NCBI GenBank assembly: GCA_910579335.1
Contig: CAJTUQ010000003.1
Coordinates: forward strand, 608 to 64,607
Length of the DNA stretch: 64,000 nt
Direction of reading: 5' to 3'
Source: an uncultured Dorea sp.
GTDB lineage: Bacteria; Bacillota; Clostridia; Lachnospirales; Lachnospiraceae
Made by a program: the position numbers and the translations under genes. The notes under the pieces were generated by a model. The model saw only the letters and a list, made by a program, of their open reading frames with translations, had not been told where the DNA came from and did not search any database. The number at the start of each line of letters is the position of its first letter. Position 1 is the stretch's first letter. This document shows positions 59,901 through 64,000 of the stretch, piece after piece.

Positions 59901-59921
59901 TTTTATTTTAGGAGAATATTT

Positions 59922-60932
59922 ATGGTAACACTAAAAGATATCGCTGAGCGCGCCGGGGTCAGCATGATGACGGTCTCCCGCGTCATGAACGGGAATCATG
60001 GCAAAGTTTCTGAAAAAACCGCCGAAAAAATCCGTTCTCTCGCAGAGGAAATGAACTATATCCCGAACTCTTCGGCAAGAAGCTTAGCAGCAAAATCATC
60101 AAAAATCATTGCGGTTATCCTCAGAGATTCACCGATCTATAATCCGCTGGCCGACCCGTATTCCTCTTCCCTTCTCGGTTACATTACGAAGGAAGTGCAA
60201 AAGCGCGGGTATTACGTTATGATTCATCTGGTAGAGGATTTCTCAAATATTACCTTCAGCCTTCGGTCATGGAATGCAGAAGGTGCGGTATTTCTCGGAA
60301 TATTCGACGATGAAGTCCGCCATATCCAGCACAACAACCACATTCCACTTGTCTTTACCGACAGCTACAGCAATATCCGGCAGCTGATTAATGTAGGAAT
60401 CGACGATTATAAAGGCGGTGAACTCGCTGCAGAATATTTTTATGGAAAAGGGCATAAAAAACTTGCCTTTGCAGGTCCGTTTACAAAAACAGGCGGTGTT
60501 ATCTCCAGAAGGTGCCAGGGGTTTTCCGATGCCTTAGAGCGAAAAAACATCCCTGTCTCTTCGGAACATATCTACGACCTTGAAAAAATGGGACCGGAAG
60601 ATATCATTGACTCCATCCAAAACGACAAAGAACCTCCGACCGGAATCTTCGCCTTTTCCGATGAATTTGCCATGCAGCTGTATGGCGCCGCCAGTCAAAA
60701 ATCCTTTCCTATCCCTGACAGACTATCCGTAATAGGCTTCGACGACCTCCCAGCAGGACGTTCTCTGCCGGCTCCTTTAACAACAATCCGGCAGGATATT
60801 TATAAAAAGGCAAAAGAAGCCTGCCGGATTTTGTTTGAACATATTTCACAACCGGACAAGCCGAGCGAAAGCGTAGTATTAGACGTGCAGCTTATCGAAC
60901 GGGATTCGGTTAAAGATATACCGGAGATCTAA
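59922..60932 (+). CDS. LacI family transcriptional regulator
   Basis: MVTLKDIAERAGVSMMTVSRVMN; SVIGFDD, LTTIRQD. Confidence 0.95.
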   Translation: MVTLKDIAERAGVSMMTVSRVMNGNHGKVSEKTAEKIRSLAEEMNYIPNSSARSLAAKSSKIIAVILRDSPIYNPLADPYSSSLLGYITKEVQKRGYYVMIHLVEDFSNITFSLRSWNAEGAVFLGIFDDEVRHIQHNNHIPLVFTDSYSNIRQLINVGIDDYKGGELAAEYFYGKGHKKLAFAGPFTKTGGVISRRCQGFSDALERKNIPVSSEHIYDLEKMGPEDIIDSIQNDKEPPTGIFAFSDEFAMQLYGAASQKSFPIPDRLSVIGFDDLPAGRSLPAPLTTIRQDIYKKAKEACRILFEHISQPDKPSESVVLDVQLIERDSVKDIPEI

Positions 60933-61062
60933 ATTTTATCCATTTCACAAATTCCGGGAACGTGGTATACTATTCTTGAACAGATATCACAGAGCAGAAT
61001 ATCCTGCAAACGGTATCAGAGAATGTGTCAATACAACTATATTTTAGAAGGGGGTAATTCAT

Positions 61063-61224
61063 ATGACAAAGGAATTAATCAAAGAAGTTAAACATATCCA
61101 GCAGTGCCTGATTGACAAAGAGACGGCCGGTGAAGAATGGGAAGAAAAGATGGAAATCGTACGCAAGCTTGAAGATGTATCCTCCTATCTGAAGGATGCC
61201 CTCGGACGGGGGATTGAGTTTTGA
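61063..61224 (+). CDS. Small hypothetical protein, 53 aa (absent from the ORF track)
   Basis: AAGGGGGT RBS; MTKELIKEVKHIQQCLIDKETAGEEWEEKMEIVRKLEDVSSYLKDALGRGIEF; TGA overlaps the TTG start of the next gene. Confidence 0.75.
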   Translation: MTKELIKEVKHIQQCLIDKETAGEEWEEKMEIVRKLEDVSSYLKDALGRGIEF

Positions 61225-61871
61225 TAAAAGCACTTATATTCGATATGGACGGGCTTCTCTTAGACTCCGAACGTATCGTGCAGCGTTCGTGGAATGAGGC
61301 GGGAGCTAAATTGGGAATCCCGCATCTTGGAGAACATATCCGCCATACGCTCGGACTGAACCGGAAAGCTCGCAATGAATATTTTAAAAATGCCTTTGGG
61401 ACGGATTTTCCACTGGAAGAGTTTAACCGGATGACAAGCGCCATCTTTTTCAGCATCGTCGAAAATACGGGAATCCCTCTGAAACCCGGTGCAAAAGAGC
61501 TCTTGGAATATGCTAAGGAACATGGCTTTAAAATCGCCGCTGCCACCTCTTCCGGCAGGGAATATGCCGTAAAAGAGCTTGCCGATGCAGGAATCTGGCG
61601 CTATTTTGATGGCGGCGTGTTCGGAGACATGATAGAAAACACGAAACCTGACCCGGAGATTTATCTGAAAGCTTGCGAATGCGTCCGGACGAATCCTTGC
61701 GAATGTCTTGCATTAGAAGATTCTCCGGCCGGCATCCGCTCTGCATATGCAGCCGGTCTTAAAGTAATCGCCGTACCGGATCTGGTGCAGCCGGATGATG
61801 AAGTACTTGCTCTTACATATAGAAAACTGGATACTTTACATGAAGTAATCCCATTATTAAAAGAAGAATAG
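61221..61871 (+). CDS. HAD family phosphatase (beta-PGM/CbbY-like)
   Basis: FDMDGLLLDSE, ATSS, KPDPEIY, LEDS. Confidence 0.92.
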   Translation: MIKALIFDMDGLLLDSERIVQRSWNEAGAKLGIPHLGEHIRHTLGLNRKARNEYFKNAFGTDFPLEEFNRMTSAIFFSIVENTGIPLKPGAKELLEYAKEHGFKIAAATSSGREYAVKELADAGIWRYFDGGVFGDMIENTKPDPEIYLKACECVRTNPCECLALEDSPAGIRSAYAAGLKVIAVPDLVQPDDEVLALTYRKLDTLHEVIPLLKEE

Positions 61872-61889
61872 GCCTGCGCCTATTCTTCT
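61862..61889. terminator. Bidirectional hairpin formed from the ends of two convergent genes
   Basis: AGAAGAATAGGC-CTGC-GCCTATTCTTCT, perfect 12 bp. Confidence 0.7.
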
Positions 61890-62038
61890 ACAAATGAATC
61901 TTTGCCAACTCCGCAGATTGGGCATACCCAGTCGTCCGGAATATCTTCGAATGCTGTTCCCGGAGCGATTCCGCCATCCGGATCTCCCGCCTCCGGGTCA
62001 TATACATATCCGCACGGTTCACATACATATTTCTTCAT
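61880..62038 (-). CDS. Rubredoxin (absent from the ORF track)
   Basis: 52 aa [60 protein letters not shown]. Confidence 0.96.
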   Translation of the reverse strand: MKKYVCEPCGYVYDPEAGDPDGGIAPGTAFEDIPDDWVCPICGVGKDSFVEE

Positions 62039-62187
62039 AGTTCAAAGCCTCCATTTCATCGTATGATAATCCTATGTTGTCTGTTAATTCTTTTGTGCCT
62101 GTACCATAGTGTTTCTTGATACGTTTTCAATTATAAAGGATTCGGCTAAAAAATAAAAGAAAAAATATATAAAATTTTCTTGATTTT

Positions 62188-63048
62188 TTATTCGGCTTCC
62201 CATCGCCCGGATGCGCCGCAGGGCAGCACAAGCCCTGAACCCGTTACCAAAATCCCGATTTCTTTGGAATCTATGCGTCCTTTCCACCGCTTTAATTCCA
62301 CGGAAAGCATGTAAGTTAAGACAGCAGGGGCGAGTCCTGTTGTATAAGAATTTACTAAAAAGAACAACGGTCTTTCCGACAAAAGTTCTGTGCACAATTT
62401 GATAAACGGATGAATCGAATCCTCAATCTTCCATATCTCTCCCTTCGGCCCCCTTCCATAAGACGGCGGGTCCATAATGATTCCATCATAATGGTTTCCT
62501 CTGCGTATTTCCCGTTCCACGAACTTTACGCAATCGTCTACCAGCCAGCGGACAGGCTTGTCCGAAAGCCCGGAAGATGCGGCATTTTCCTTCGCCCAAT
62601 TTACCATGCCCTTTGAAGCGTCCACATGGGTAACACTGGCTCCGGCCTCTGCCGCGGCCAGCGTAGCTCCTCCTGTATACGCAAACAGGTTCAGAACCTT
62701 TACCGGACGCCCGGCATTTCTTATCTTTTCGGAAAACCAATCCCAGTTCGCCGCCTGTTCCGGGAAAAGTCCCGTATGCTTGAAGCTGAACGGCTTGAGA
62801 TTAAAAGTTAATTTTCTGTAATGAATCTGCCACTGCTCCGGGAGCGAAAAAAACTCCCATTCGCCGCCGCCCTTTTTACTTCGATGATAGTGGCCGTTTC
62901 TCTGCCTCCATCTTTTGTCCGTCCTCGGCGTATCCCAGATCACCTGCGGATCCGGGCGAACTAAAATATAATCCCCCCACCGCTCCAGCTTTTCGCCGCC
63001 GCTGCAGTCTATAATTTCATAATCCTTCCAATTATCAGCAATCCACAT
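62188..63048 (-). CDS. Class I SAM-dependent methyltransferase (RlmI/RlmK-like)
   Basis: HTGLFPEQ, VLNLFAYTGG, IIMDPPSY. Confidence 0.88.
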   Translation of the reverse strand: MWIADNWKDYEIIDCSGGEKLERWGDYILVRPDPQVIWDTPRTDKRWRQRNGHYHRSKKGGGEWEFFSLPEQWQIHYRKLTFNLKPFSFKHTGLFPEQAANWDWFSEKIRNAGRPVKVLNLFAYTGGATLAAAEAGASVTHVDASKGMVNWAKENAASSGLSDKPVRWLVDDCVKFVEREIRRGNHYDGIIMDPPSYGRGPKGEIWKIEDSIHPFIKLCTELLSERPLFFLVNSYTTGLAPAVLTYMLSVELKRWKGRIDSKEIGILVTGSGLVLPCGASGRWEAE

Positions 63049-63229
63049 GTATCACAATCCCCTTATCCTGCCATATGTCTTCGTATTTTTATCGAATCCA
63101 TTATATCAGATTCTTGTTTGCAGTGTAAAGGTTAATTCATCCTGCGCAGTTCCTGCGATTGTTTTTTTCTCTGCCGTATGCTATTCTGAATAGTAATTTA
63201 TATTATCAAGAAATCCGGAGGTAACACCT

Positions 63230-63739
63230 ATGAAGTTAATGATTGCATCCGATATACACGGCTCTTCCTATTACTGTCGCAAGATGATTGAAGCATACAA
63301 AAAAGAAAATGCCGACCGGCTCCTCCTTCTGGGCGACCTTTTATATCACGGTCCCAGAAACGATCTTCCGAAAGATTATGATCCAAAGGAAGTCATTGCC
63401 ATGCTCAATCCTATGAAGCAATCGCTCCTATGCGTCCGCGGTAACTGCGATACAGAGGTAGACCAGATGGTGCTGAACTTCCCAATCCTTGCCGATTACT
63501 GCCTGCTTGAGCTTGACGGCCGTACAATCTTTGCATCCCACGGTCATCACCACAACCCGCAGAGCCCGCCGCCCCTAAAGTGCGGCGACATCCTTTTAAA
63601 CGGACACACCCATGTCCCGGCAGACGAGAACATGGGTGCTTACACTTATATGAATCCGGGTTCCGTTTCCATTCCTAAAAACGGTTCCGCACATAGTTAT
63701 ATGATTTATGACAATGGTTTTTTCTGGAAAGAGCTGTAA
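63230..63739 (+). CDS. Metallophosphoesterase (YfcE-like phosphodiesterase)
   Basis: SDIHGS, LGDLLYHGPRN, VRGNCD, GHTH, NPGS. Confidence 0.92.
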   Translation: MKLMIASDIHGSSYYCRKMIEAYKKENADRLLLLGDLLYHGPRNDLPKDYDPKEVIAMLNPMKQSLLCVRGNCDTEVDQMVLNFPILADYCLLELDGRTIFASHGHHHNPQSPPPLKCGDILLNGHTHVPADENMGAYTYMNPGSVSIPKNGSAHSYMIYDNGFFWKEL

Positions 63740-64000
63740 CTACCAGAATTTAAATAATCTTACCAGTTTCACGCCGATTTTATAGTACCAGGGCAGCAAT
63801 GCTCTTTCCGCCCTTTTCAGTTCTTTCCTAATCTCAATATGCTGCGGGCAATGTCGTTCACATTTCCCGCACTCTACGCATGACTCCGGCAGGCTCATAT
63901 TTTTCTGGAAGGCTGTGACCTGGAGGTATTCATGCCGCCCGGAGCCCTTCTGCTCGGCAAACATCCGGTTATAGCACCGGAATGCCGCCGGGATATCGAT
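63740..64000 (-). CDS. C-terminal 4Fe-4S region of a probable aldo/keto reductase; starts outside the window
   Basis: Open to the window edge: IDIPAAFRCYN..CVECGKCERHCPQHIEI. Confidence 0.75.
   Translation of the reverse strand: MDIPAAFRCYNRMFAEQKGSGRHEYLQVTAFQKNMSLPESCVECGKCERHCPQHIEIRKELKRAERALLPWYYKIGVKLVRLFKFW

Noticed and set aside
1..64000. Transposase, integrase, prophage, intron or defence-system genes
   Set aside because: No ORF with such motifs; nearly all coding space is assigned to housekeeping or metabolic genes.

Overview
Chromosomal segment of an anaerobic Firmicute. The ribosomal protein features (long L17, N-extended L22, Zn-type S14) and gene content suggest Lachnospiraceae; this is an inference. 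Left to right: (1) a peptide/amino-acid catabolism block (two M18 aminopeptidases, pepT, APC permease, L-asparaginase, GntR and LysR regulators, an orphan PEP-synthase-like ATP-grasp protein) and a MacAB-like exporter; (2) the complete S10-spc-alpha ribosomal superoperon; (3) a frameshifted NSS transporter with a MetS-like small subunit; (4) a D-proline reductase locus (prdC, prdA, prdB with Sec, prdD, prdE, prdF, TSUP permease) joined to the selenocysteine machinery (selC, selD with Sec, selA, selB, LysR, Cys/Sec desulfurase, DUF3343-like, yedF, PHP); (5) a LacI-controlled sugar ABC/GH31 locus whose first permease has an in-frame TGA; (6) housekeeping genes. The most notable unexplained signals are non-coding. 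A family of covarying hairpin repeats inflates six spacers of the ribosomal operon, each abutting a stop codon. A free-standing ~210-nt structured RNA candidate with two UUCCCCA loops lies behind prdE and has short complementarities to prd leaders. A perfect ATAGA-N5-TCTAT LysR-type box occurs upstream of prdF, yedF and the PHP gene in a prd locus that lacks prdR. No CRISPR array, transposase or prophage was seen. All calls were made by eye; no database search was run.
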